From a virus (taxonomy: Duplodnaviria > Caudoviricetes): a stretch of 64,000 bases of DNA. Both the position numbers and the translations under genes were made by a program. Below the pieces are notes generated by a model, which did no database searches, was not told the origin of the DNA, and worked only from the letters and a program-made list of their open reading frames with translations. Within the stretch, counting starts at the first letter, position 1, and each line of letters opens with the position of its first letter. Below, one piece after another: positions 1 through 8,320 of this stretch. The stretch spans positions 14,095 to 78,094 of the IMG/VR virus record IMGVR_UViG_3300010998_000005, one strand, 5' to 3'.

Positions 1-405
1 AACGCTTGCCTTGCCGCCCTTCATATTCATAAGCAACCGAGCAAGTTGCAGAGCCTCATCATCAGCCGTTGAAGCCGTTGCAGGCTCAGTAACCTTTGCA
101 GGCTCTACCTCTGCCGTTGTAGGCTCTGTTGAGGTCGCTGGACGTGGTGCAGTGCGTGCACCCCTTTGACGCTTGGTTTCCAGCTCGTAGCCCTCGGCAA
201 GGGCAAGCTTCATAACCTCAACAGGTGCACCCTTATACTCGATTACAACTCGCTCGCCCGTATCTTTCATAAACGGGTAATTGTTGAAGAAGCGAGTCTT
301 AGGACAAGGACACTGCCCCTCTGCGTGAATAACTCCGTTTTCAACTTTCACATTGTGAACTTTTGAAACCTCGCCCGTAGCGAGATTCTTAACATAGATT
401 GCCAT
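1..405 (-). CDS. Hypothetical protein, N-terminal part only (runs off the window start)
   Basis: Manual translation from ATG at 405: MAIYVKNLATGEVSKV...DDEALQLARLLMNMKGGKASV, open to base 1. Absent from the ORF track because it has no stop in the window. Confidence 0.75.
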   Translation of the reverse strand, partial: MAIYVKNLATGEVSKVHNVKVENGVIHAEGQCPCPKTRFFNNYPFMKDTGERVVIEYKGAPVEVMKLALAEGYELETKRQRGARTAPRPATSTEPTTAEVEPAKVTEPATASTADDEALQLARLLMNMKGGKASV

Positions 406-775
406 GATTTTTTGATTTTTTGTTTGTTGGTAATATTTGCTTTTTTTTCTATCGTATTTCAAACCTTGTGCCATTATCAAAGGCACATTTTTCTATTACT
501 TTTTCAAGTTTCCAAACCTCGCCAACAGTACAGCGGATTTCTTGTCCGTCTGTGAAAATAATAAATAACTCTTTCATTTTTTTTGCTTATTAGTTTATAT
601 CATAGTTAGGCAGGCGGAGTTGAACCGCCCAGAGTTCTTGCAACAAGAAAATTACGAAAAAAGTTTTGCAATTTAACTCTCCTTAACTAAACCACAACAA
701 AAACAACAAAAAGTTTACATATTTTTACAATTAAAGGTGCATGATGCCTGCCAGTTGCGACAAGTAAGACAATTT

Positions 776-788
776 GCCACAAAGGTAC
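776..788 (-). promoter_or_regulatory. Bacteroidota-type -7 promoter element (TACCTTTGTGGC) driving leftward genes
   Basis: Reverse complement of gccacaaaggta matches the TAnnTTTG consensus. Confidence 0.55.
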
Positions 789-794
789 AAAGGT

Positions 795-897
795 AGTCAG
801 TCAGTCACTCAGTCAGTCACTCAGTCAGTCACTACACACTACATACTACACACTACATACATAAGTAATACACAATCCACAATACACAATACACAAT
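795..897. repeat. Short tandem repeats (GTCA/CAGTCAGTCACT, CTACACA/CTACATA, AATACAC)
   Basis: Directly visible: gtcagtcagtcactcagtcagtcactcagtcagtcact, then acacactacatactacacactacatac and aatacacaatccacaatacacaatacacaat. Confidence 0.9.
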
Positions 898-1330
898 ATG
901 GATAATTGCGTACCTTTGCCGTTTTTCTCCGCTGTGTGCGCTTTTTCTCAGTATAATGGATAACTACAAAGGTACAAAGAGAAAAACGCAATACGTGCAC
1001 TCTTTGTGTTTATATATAATGTACGTAATATTGTGTGTGCTCTGTATCTTTGCTATCTTTGCTATGTTATTCCAGAACTTTTGATTTTTGCCACTTTTTA
1101 GCCGTTCTAAGCGCGTTTTTCTATCTTTGTGGATAACTACAAAGGAGCAACAAAAATAATTGATTTGTGCACGCACACAATTACACAAACAAAAAATGCA
1201 CCTAGAATGAGGTGCAAAGATACAAAAAAACGTACCTTGAATAAGATACGTTTTTATGTAGGTAGTCTGTAGGTCAACACTCATACCAACCGTGCACGTC
1301 GATATGTTTGCCATAGTTATTCCTCGTTTC

Positions 1331-1501
1331 TTAGTGATTGAGATAGAATGCTACATTGTTAGCTACATAGCGACTGCAAGGGTAATTAGCACGCACCCAC
1401 GTTGCAATCTCAGCCTTATTCCAGCGCATGAAGTTGTTGAAACCTCCACAACCATCTATGTTGGCGAGTATCTCATTCGTTGTCATATTCTTCTGTTTCA
1501 T
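1331..1501 (-). CDS. Small hypothetical protein (56 aa)
   Basis: Manual translation MKQKNMTTNEILANIDGCGGFNNFMRWNKAEIATWVRANYPCSRYVANNVAFYLNH*, with an A-rich start context. Confidence 0.6.
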   Translation of the reverse strand: MKQKNMTTNEILANIDGCGGFNNFMRWNKAEIATWVRANYPCSRYVANNVAFYLNH

Positions 1502-1555
1502 AATTTTTGCGTTTTTAAGTGTTATTTATATAGTGTTTTCTCTCTCTCTCTCCGA

Positions 1556-1912
1556 TTAGATAAAACCGAGTTTGTTGTTCACCTCAAGTGAGATTGCTTC
1601 CTGTTGCATTTCCTCTTTGAGATGTTCGCAGAGAGCTACAATTTTCTCCATGTTTTTGTTAAGAATCTGGCTTGTTGTAAACGCATATACGAGTGTAACG
1701 GACTCAGTAACAAGACTACCATCGTTACAAACCCAGCTACCGTGTGCGTTTGTGGCAGTTGCACCGCCAAACATGATGGAGAGTTCTCTCAGTACGTGCT
1801 TCACCTGCTCGTTATTATCCGTTTCCACAGAAACATTGAACGTTGAGGGTACGTACACAGTTACTTTTGAGTCGAGCTCGAACAGATACTTAATTTGCTT
1901 TTTTGTTTTCAT
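1556..1912 (-). CDS. Hypothetical protein (118 aa)
   Basis: ORF track; globular-looking sequence, A-rich start context and an upstream TAACTTTG promoter on the - strand (~1945-1952). Confidence 0.75.
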   Translation of the reverse strand: MKTKKQIKYLFELDSKVTVYVPSTFNVSVETDNNEQVKHVLRELSIMFGGATATNAHGSWVCNDGSLVTESVTLVYAFTTSQILNKNMEKIVALCEHLKEEMQQEAISLEVNNKLGFI

Positions 1913-3049
1913 TTTGTTTAATTTTTAGTGAAAAATAATAACTGCTTTTTCTTATCTCTGGTGCAAAGTTATATATATTATTTTATTGAAGCAAATTTTT
2001 TTATTTATCTCTTTACTTTTTAACGTTTATTTATATTTATATATTATATATATATATTATATTATATTATGTATATTCTTTTTTTCTTTTATTCTTTATA
2101 ATACTTTATACTCTTTATTCTTATTATTATTATATCTTATCTCTTATCTTATTTTACACGTAGACTATACAGCGAAAATATATTTTATATCTGTAGATTT
2201 GCAGCAAAAAAACTTTTTCTTTTTGATTGGCTGCCGGTACACTCTCCTCGACTCTGTGCGTACCATTGCCCCTGGCTGTATTGCTTTTATCGGTTCCCCA
2301 ACGAACGTTTGAAAACTGAAAGTATCTGGTTATCATTTTCTTGCGTTTCTTGCGCTTTTGTTTGATGGGGAGGGGGATATTTGGGCACTCGCTTTTTATA
2401 TGGTGCAAATCCTATTTTTTTGAAAAAATTTTCTGATTTTTTTTTGAAGAAGAAGAAAAAAAAATAAAAACGAAAAATTAAAATTGTAACCAATTTTTGA
2501 AAAAAGAAAAATTTCCATTTTTGAAAAGAAAAAAATTTTGGAAAGCGAGGATTTTGAAAATTGAATTTTCGGAAAAAAGAAAAAAGATTTTTCAGCGATG
2601 TTTATTTGTTGGTATTGATTTTATTTTGTACTTTTGCATTGCTTTTGCAAAAAATAGATTGGAAATTAGATTTAATGTTTTTAGAATGTTTTTAGTCATC
2701 TTCGTTGTGAAACGGGGGTGGCTGTTTTTTTTGTGTGTGTATTGCGGGTGTATGTATGTGTGTATGTATGCGTGAGAAAAGTTTTGGTTTGGGTTAGTTT
2801 TGGTTGTGTTTTTGTGTTTTGCGGATGGTGTTTGTGGTTGTAGGATTTGATTTTTGGTGGTTTTTAGACTTGTGGTGCGATTTTTTATGTGTTTCCTTAC
2901 AACTTATCCACCCGACTTAAAAAATGGCTTAGAACGGCTAGAAATGCGTTTTATGTTTTTTTAAGTTAAAAATTCCCAAGAAAATGTTAGGTTATAGTCT
3001 TAAAAGTGTATATTTGCACAGAAAATCAATTAAACAAGTTATATCTATT

Positions 3050-3271
3050 ATGAAGCAATTACATTTTTACGTGTTAGGCGAGTGCAAAAAGCGTGAGTAC
3101 CTAAAGGATTGGGTTAATTGGTCTGGTGAAGTTCCACAGAAAGGAGATGTGGTTCTTATTCATTTTGGAGACAACGACGAGGAAGAGTACAAGTATCGTG
3201 TTGTCGGTCGTATCATTGATGGTGGGAAGCCAGAAGATGTGGATATTATTGTATCTTTGTTGAAGTTTTGA
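3050..3271 (+). CDS. Hypothetical protein
   Basis: Probable start MKQLHFYV at 3050, downstream of a TATATTTG promoter element (3009-3016). Confidence 0.7.
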   Translation: MKQLHFYVLGECKKREYLKDWVNWSGEVPQKGDVVLIHFGDNDEEEYKYRVVGRIIDGGKPEDVDIIVSLLKF

Positions 3272-3274
3272 TGT

Positions 3275-4135
3275 ATGACAGAGGATTTAGAGAAAAAGGT
3301 TGAGCGTGCGATAAAACTCATTCAGAGTGCGAGTAAGATTGCTGCTGCTAATGGTTGTCCTGAAATAGAGGTGTGTTATTCAGGCGGCAAAGATTCCGAT
3401 GTTATCTTGGAGTTGACGAAGATGGCTGGTGTGCCTTATAGGGCTATTTACAAGAATACTGGCATAGACCCTAATGGAACTATCAGACACGCAAAAGACA
3501 ACAACGTAGAGATAATGCCGCCGAAGAAGAAGTTTATAGACCTGCTTGCTTATTATGGTATGCCTTCACGCAGAAACAGGTATTGCTGTCAGCATTTGAA
3601 AGAGTACAAGATACTTGACTATGCTATATTGGGTATAAGAAGGGATGAAAGCGTGGCAAGGAGGGAACGATACAAGGAGCCAGAGCAATGTCGGGAATAT
3701 AGCAAGAAAGAGAAATGTCGGCAATACTTTCCTATACTTGATTGGACGAAAGATGACGTGTTGGGGTTTATCAAAGAACGTGGTATCAAGTTGCATCCTA
3801 TATACTACAAGGACAATGGGGAGATAGACGTGGAACGCAGATGCGGCTGCATGGGATGCCCTATGGCTTCATACAAAAAGCGTCTTGAGGAGTTCAAGAA
3901 GTACCCCAATATGGTTAAACTTTATGTACGTGGTGGGGGGCAATACCTTGACAATCACAGCCTTAGCAAGATTGCGAAACTATGCAAAGATGGTTATCAG
4001 TTCTTTTGCTTTGACGTTTTTTGCGAACGCTCAAACATTAGATTCCAACAAAAGTTTGGTGCAAACCTCTTTGATGACGGCATAGACTGCAAGAAATTCT
4101 TGGAGGACTATTTCAAGATAAAGTTCAAGGATTAA
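3275..4135 (+). CDS. PAPS reductase / DndC-like PP-loop protein
   Basis: YSGGKDS PP-loop, RNRYCCQHLKE, GIRRDES, PILDWT and RCGCMGCP motifs typical of the family. Confidence 0.85.
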   Translation: MTEDLEKKVERAIKLIQSASKIAAANGCPEIEVCYSGGKDSDVILELTKMAGVPYRAIYKNTGIDPNGTIRHAKDNNVEIMPPKKKFIDLLAYYGMPSRRNRYCCQHLKEYKILDYAILGIRRDESVARRERYKEPEQCREYSKKEKCRQYFPILDWTKDDVLGFIKERGIKLHPIYYKDNGEIDVERRCGCMGCPMASYKKRLEEFKKYPNMVKLYVRGGGQYLDNHSLSKIAKLCKDGYQFFCFDVFCERSNIRFQQKFGANLFDDGIDCKKFLEDYFKIKFKD

Positions 4136-4271
4136 ATATTTGCATATAACGAGAAAAGTTGTTATCTTTGCAAGTGAAAAGATGATGTAGTAATGATTTT
4201 TTCATAATATTTTTGTGTTTTCCCTTTATTTTTGTCTGTGATAGATAGAGATAAAGGTTTTTTTGTGTATA

Positions 4272-4406
4272 TATACTTATTAAAAGAATATATATTTTTG
4301 CGTGTACGTGCGCACGTGTGTGTATGTGCGTGTAATACGTTATACTTGTTAAATGAATATACTTTGTATGCACGTGCAAAGAGGGTATATTTGTTAAAAG
4401 AATATA
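4272..4406 (+). repeat. Three 21-bp direct repeats TATA(C/T)TT(A/G)TTAAA(A/T)GAATATA
   Basis: Copies at 4272-4292, 4341-4361 and 4386-4406. Confidence 0.85.
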
Positions 4407-4454
4407 GTGTATATGTTAAAACTTAGTATCTTAATGTTAAATTCTTTATAATTA

Positions 4455-4487
4455 TTTGGTTTGTTCAAAAAGAAAGTTGTACCTTTG
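4455..4487 (+). promoter_or_regulatory. Bacteroidota sigma promoter (TTTG ... TACCTTTG)
   Basis: TTTG at 4455-4458 and TACCTTTG at 4480-4487. The same architecture occurs at 6792/6816, 16946/16970 and 49927/49951. Confidence 0.7.
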
Positions 4488-4702
4488 TAGTCGATAAACT
4501 TTTAATTTATATTTTTTATATTTCCTCTGACACTTGTGAAAGCGGTAGGAGGTTTTTGAAAGAGGGTTCTTTGAAAAATTGAGATATGATAGGATGGAAG
4601 TGATTTCCGAAAGGATGACGCTCCCCACGAAGATGCAAGGAGGGTGAAACCTTATAAAAAACACAGGCTTAACACGCATCAATCATTTCTATTCTATCAC
4701 AC

Positions 4703-4867
4703 AAAAGTGGCACAAGTTTACGGACGGCCCAATGAACATAAGCCTGTGGCAGGATAAATGATGTTGCCCATTAGTGGGGTCTGAATGCCATGCTCTCCGT
4801 ATTTTTCTTCTAAGCCTATGGATTGGGGTTACTCGGTCGGGGTTTGGTAGCGTTGTGTGCCACTTTT
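4703..4867 (+). ncRNA. Candidate structured ncRNA of unknown class
   Basis: 12-bp closing helix AAAAGTGGCACA (4703-4714) / TGTGCCACTTTT (4856-4867) with nested helices; lies between a promoter and tRNA-Glu. Confidence 0.45.
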
Positions 4868-4871
4868 ATTT

Positions 4872-4946
4872 GGTCGCATCGTCTAATGGTCAGGACTCAA
4901 GATTTTCATTCTTGCGATGGGGTTTCGATTACCCCTGCGACTACCA
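4872..4946 (+). tRNA. tRNA-Glu (TTC), CCA encoded
   Basis: Acceptor GGTCGCA/TGCGACT, anticodon arm CAAGA-TTTTCAT-TCTTG, T-arm GGGGT-TTCGATT-ACCCC, 3' ACCA. Confidence 0.95.
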
Positions 4947-4971
4947 CGTTTAATGAAAACAAAAAAGTAAG

Positions 4972-5538
4972 ATGTTAGAAAAGATTGAAGAATACACCAA
5001 TCGTGCCTATGCCAACGCTCGCAAGCACGGCTTTCACGACGAGGAACTAAGCATTGAGCATTGTTTAATGCTTGTAATAACCGAGGTGTCGGAAATGGTA
5101 GAAGCGGACAGAAAGGATAGGGAAAGGGCTTCCGTTGAAATCTTTGTTGATGCTTTGCGAAATGTAAAGTTTACGCAGGCATTTGAGGACTATATCAAAG
5201 ACCGTGTTCCTGATGAAATGGCTGACGTGTGCATACGTTTGTTTGACCTCTTGGGTGTATTAGACAAAAAGGAAAGGATAGACTTCGATATGCTTGGACG
5301 TGTCATTAACACAAGCAAAAAGAGTGTAGGCTTTGATGCCATGTCCTTTACCGAGCGTGCGTATGCTTTATGTGGTATATTGACAAACAAGCCTCATATC
5401 GCTATACGACTTGTATGCCGTGCGCTGGCTTTTGTTATGTATTGGGCAAAGGACTTGAATATAGACCTTGACTGGCATATTGAAATGAAGATGCAGTACA
5501 ACGAATTGCGTGCAAACAAGCACGGAAAGAAATATTAA
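4972..5538 (+). CDS. MazG-like nucleotide pyrophosphohydrolase (all-alpha NTP-PPase)
   Basis: LMLVITEVSEMVEADRK and DEMADVCIRLFDL acidic metal-binding helices. Confidence 0.75.
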   Translation: MLEKIEEYTNRAYANARKHGFHDEELSIEHCLMLVITEVSEMVEADRKDRERASVEIFVDALRNVKFTQAFEDYIKDRVPDEMADVCIRLFDLLGVLDKKERIDFDMLGRVINTSKKSVGFDAMSFTERAYALCGILTNKPHIAIRLVCRALAFVMYWAKDLNIDLDWHIEMKMQYNELRANKHGKKY

Positions 5539-5559
5539 ACCAAATAAACAGTAAAACGA

Positions 5560-5946
5560 ATGGAATTAACAGGAACAGTAGTAGCCGTATTAGGGGAACA
5601 GAAGTTCAACGGCAAGAACGGAGAAATAAGGAAGCATGGCTTTGTCATTGAAACAAGTGGCGAATACCCCAAAAAGGTTGCCTTTGATGTCTTGGATAGT
5701 GGCGACAAGGACAAGTGGGGAAAGATGCAAGAACACGTTGTGGATGGCAATAATGTGTCCGTTTCTTTTGAAGTTTCTTCAAGGGAATATCAAGGCAGGT
5801 GGTTTACACAAGCCAATGCCTTTAGGGTAATGCCTTTGTCGGGTGCAGGTGCAAGCGCACAAGCAACACAAAACCAAGCGTCTAATGCCGAACCAATACC
5901 AGCGAGTGCGCCAGTGGTACAAAATGAAGGCGTAGTGCCATTTTAG
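5560..5946 (+). CDS. DUF3127-family OB-fold (SSB-like) protein
   Basis: MELTGTVVAVL...YPKKVAF...VSVSFEVSSREYQGRWF pattern with a flexible tail ending in PF. Confidence 0.8.
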   Translation: MELTGTVVAVLGEQKFNGKNGEIRKHGFVIETSGEYPKKVAFDVLDSGDKDKWGKMQEHVVDGNNVSVSFEVSSREYQGRWFTQANAFRVMPLSGAGASAQATQNQASNAEPIPASAPVVQNEGVVPF

Positions 5947-5984
5947 GCAAAGCAGATAGTTCACACGAAAACAAAAAGAATTTT

Positions 5985-6365
5985 ATGGGTAGGAATGATG
6001 CGTTGCAAGCGTTGTGTAGGGAATACCTATGCAGGCTTGAAAGCGTGGCACGGAAATACGGTTTGTTGCCACAACTTAACACCTTGATTGTATCAAGCAA
6101 TAATAACACTTGTGTTGCGACCTTGGAAGATGTAGAAATGCTTTCAAGGGCGTGTAACGATGAACGTGTGTCGGCTTGTGGATTGACTAAGTTATTAGGC
6201 TTGTCATATCGCTATTGCCGTGAACACAACGTGTTCGACAAAATTAAAAGGCTACACAACAACGGCACTTATAGCAAGGTAGATGCGATGTTGTATGAAG
6301 TGGAGCAACCCAAGCCTGCGACCAAGAAGAAAAGGATTAGGCATAAGAAATGGACTATTGTATAA
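5985..6365 (+). CDS. Hypothetical protein
   Basis: ORF track, co-directional within the operon. Confidence 0.7.
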   Translation: MGRNDALQALCREYLCRLESVARKYGLLPQLNTLIVSSNNNTCVATLEDVEMLSRACNDERVSACGLTKLLGLSYRYCREHNVFDKIKRLHNNGTYSKVDAMLYEVEQPKPATKKKRIRHKKWTIV

Positions 6366-6383
6366 CGAAAACGAAAGAAAAGT

Positions 6384-6788
6384 ATGAATAAGAAACCGAA
6401 ATTCTACATTAAGAACGCAAAGGGCAGATACGAGGAATACAAAGAACCCGTACAAGACTACGACAACAAGTTATACCGTAAAGTGGGTAACAGATATGAG
6501 CCTTGCGATATGCTTGTAACGCAAAGTTTAAGCGAGGGTGTGTGGGTAGTGACCAAGCATAAAAGCAGTAAGTCCTATGCAAGCGGAAAATATCTTTTGG
6601 AAAACTTCATGTGCCTAAAGGCGAGTGACATTCAAGAAGTATCGTTGGCAAAGTTAGGCGGTATGGAGAAGTTAGCACACTATCTATCGCAACATTGGGA
6701 TGAGTTACCTACAAACGCAAGCCAATACGAGCGATGTCAAGCGATAGTAGGGTTGTTGTTCAAGTACGAAAATCACAACGAAAGTTAA
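6384..6788 (+). CDS. Hypothetical protein
   Basis: ORF track, co-directional within the operon. Confidence 0.7.
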   Translation: MNKKPKFYIKNAKGRYEEYKEPVQDYDNKLYRKVGNRYEPCDMLVTQSLSEGVWVVTKHKSSKSYASGKYLLENFMCLKASDIQEVSLAKLGGMEKLAHYLSQHWDELPTNASQYERCQAIVGLLFKYENHNES

Positions 6789-6943
6789 AATTTTGGTGTA
6801 TTCAAATTCTTTTCGTAACTTTGCACAAGAATTAGTTGAAAGTGGTGTGCGAGACCGCTAATGACAATACTTATAGCCCCTTTCGTGTAGGTGATACTCG
6901 CACTATCCCTACCGATTGGGGCGTTTTATTTGGAAAATGTAAA

Positions 6944-7786
6944 ATGGAATATACGAAAGATAACCCACTTAAAGTAATAACCCTTTGCAGTGGTTATGAT
7001 AGTCAGTGCCTCGCCCTGAATAGATTAAAAGGGTGTTATCCCGATTTCGACTATGAATTAGTTGCTTGGTCTGAGTTTGACCCCGAAAGCAAAGCATCGC
7101 TGGAGAAGCAGCCTGCGGTTATAGCACATAATGCCTTATTCCCACAATGGAAAGACCGCAATCTTGGCGATATGACTAAAATAGAGTGGAATAAACTAAA
7201 TCTGCAATGCGACTTATTGTTTTATAGTACTCCATGCCAGAGTATTTCCGCGGCAGGACTGCAACACGGATTTGTTGAGAGTAGCGGTACACGTTCAAGC
7301 ATTATCTGGAACGTGCGTGATGCAGTAATAGCACTAAAACCAAAATTCCTATGCCTTGAAAATGTTAAAGCAATGGTGTCAGGCAAGTTCGTGGGAATGT
7401 TTAATCTGTGGCAGAGAGAGTTGGAAAAACTCGGCTATGCTAACTTTGCACAAGTCCTTAATTCTAAAGACTACGGCGTACCACAAAACAGAGAGCGTAT
7501 ATTCCTCGTTTCAATAAGGATTGACAATGAGAATGATTACCCTAAGTATTATTTCCCACAGCCTTTCCGTTTGGAAAAGAAACTCAAAGATGTGTTAGAG
7601 GACAATGTGGACGAGAAGTATTACCTGAGTGATGAAAGGGTGCAGGGTTTAATGGCAAGTACGGAGAAAGAGCAGGAGCGTGGAAATGGCTTTGCGTGGA
7701 ATCCGACAGATGGCAGCGGTGTTGCTTGCACCATTCAGACGACACAGAACAGGAAAACGGATAATTACTTGTTTGATGAACAATAA
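6944..7786 (+). CDS. C5-cytosine DNA methyltransferase, N-terminal catalytic part (motifs I-VIII)
   Basis: Motif I TLCSGYD, catalytic STPCQ, motif VI ENV, motif VIII DYGVPQNRERIF; motifs IX-X are missing. Probable start ATG 6944. Confidence 0.9.
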   Translation: MEYTKDNPLKVITLCSGYDSQCLALNRLKGCYPDFDYELVAWSEFDPESKASLEKQPAVIAHNALFPQWKDRNLGDMTKIEWNKLNLQCDLLFYSTPCQSISAAGLQHGFVESSGTRSSIIWNVRDAVIALKPKFLCLENVKAMVSGKFVGMFNLWQRELEKLGYANFAQVLNSKDYGVPQNRERIFLVSIRIDNENDYPKYYFPQPFRLEKKLKDVLEDNVDEKYYLSDERVQGLMASTEKEQERGNGFAWNPTDGSGVACTIQTTQNRKTDNYLFDEQ

Positions 7787-7971
7787 AATTACCCCCCCAG
7801 AGGTGGATATGCGAACAGCGGATACCGACACCGCAGACAAAGGATGGTTGTTGTCCTGCGTTGACAGCGACATACGATTATGCGAGTTTTGCGAATATGT
7901 TTAGCGTGGGTCATTATCCAAGGATGGGTGTAATAGAGATAGGTCATTATGAAGAAGTTTATACCGATTAA
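7776..7971 (+). CDS. MTase variable-region cassette 1 (frame broken at C7 tract 7792-7798)
   Basis: With C6 it reads MNNKITPQRWICEQRIPTPQTKDGCCPALTATYDYASFANMFSVGHYPRMGVIEI... Confidence 0.6.
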
Positions 7972-8134
7972 CACGGACGCTGATGGTAATGCAAAGACTA
8001 TTTTGGCTTGTTGTTATAAATTTGGTTTTTCAGCCTTGTTGAATTGGGAAGGTTCAACAATGACTTGCGTAGGTGTGGTACAAGATGAAGAAACTGACCG
8101 AAGGAATCCGAATGAAGAAGATACTTGTTTATGA
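7949..8134 (+). CDS. MTase variable-region cassette 2
   Basis: MKKFIPINTDADGNAKTILACCYK...TCVGVVQDEE. Confidence 0.65.
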   Translation: MKKFIPINTDADGNAKTILACCYKFGFSALLNWEGSTMTCVGVVQDEETDRRNPNEEDTCL

Positions 8135-8320
8135 TGATTATAATTCTGTTCTACCCCCCCCAATAAGCAGGGGGTTATAGGAACGATAACGCCACAATTC
8201 GGCAACTCTACATTAAGAAATGGCTGGAAAATAATAGAAGTATATGAAGAAGAAAGCGACAGGCGGTGTGCGCCTTGCGAAGATGATACACAAGGTAAAC
8301 AAGCCTTATTTGTGGATTGA
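8085..8320 (+). CDS. MTase variable-region cassette 3 (frame broken at C8 tract 8154-8161)
   Basis: With C9 it reads ...MKKILVYDDYNSVLPPPNKQGVIGTITPQFGNSTLRNGWKIIEVYEE... Confidence 0.6.

Noticed and set aside
605-765. Functional tRNA or tmRNA gene
   Set aside because: Only the T-arm is canonical; there is no consistent acceptor or D-arm and no tag reading frame. Reported only as a tRNA-like element.
795-897. CRISPR array
   Set aside because: The units are 4-12 nt tandem repeats with no unique spacers, and no cas genes are present.
964-2775. ORF-track entries in the AT-rich control region (964..1314, 1986..2312, 2154..2408, 2287..2493, 2497..2775)
   Set aside because: Low-complexity F/L/Y/K-rich translations that reflect nucleotide skew, not protein-like sequence.
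1099-2940. Invertible segment bounded by the 14-bp inverted repeat
   Set aside because: No invertase is seen in the window, and the repeat belongs to a five-copy dispersed family oriented mostly with transcription; inversion is not supported without read evidence.
4272-4406. Mini-CRISPR array (three repeats with intervening sequence)
   Set aside because: The repeats are only 21 bp, imperfect and AT-rich, and the gaps (48 and 24 nt) are unequal and low-complexity. Kept as operator/iteron candidates instead.
4125-4682. ORFs 4125..4379(-), 4232..4426(+) and 4452..4682(-)
   Set aside because: They overlap the direct repeats, promoter and structured RNA candidate, with no protein-like features.
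4897-4913. tRNA-Glu anticodon loop TTTTCAT as a phage-specific anti-nuclease mutation
   Set aside because: To my recollection Bacteroidota host tRNA-Glu genes have the same loop, so it is not evidence of adaptation.
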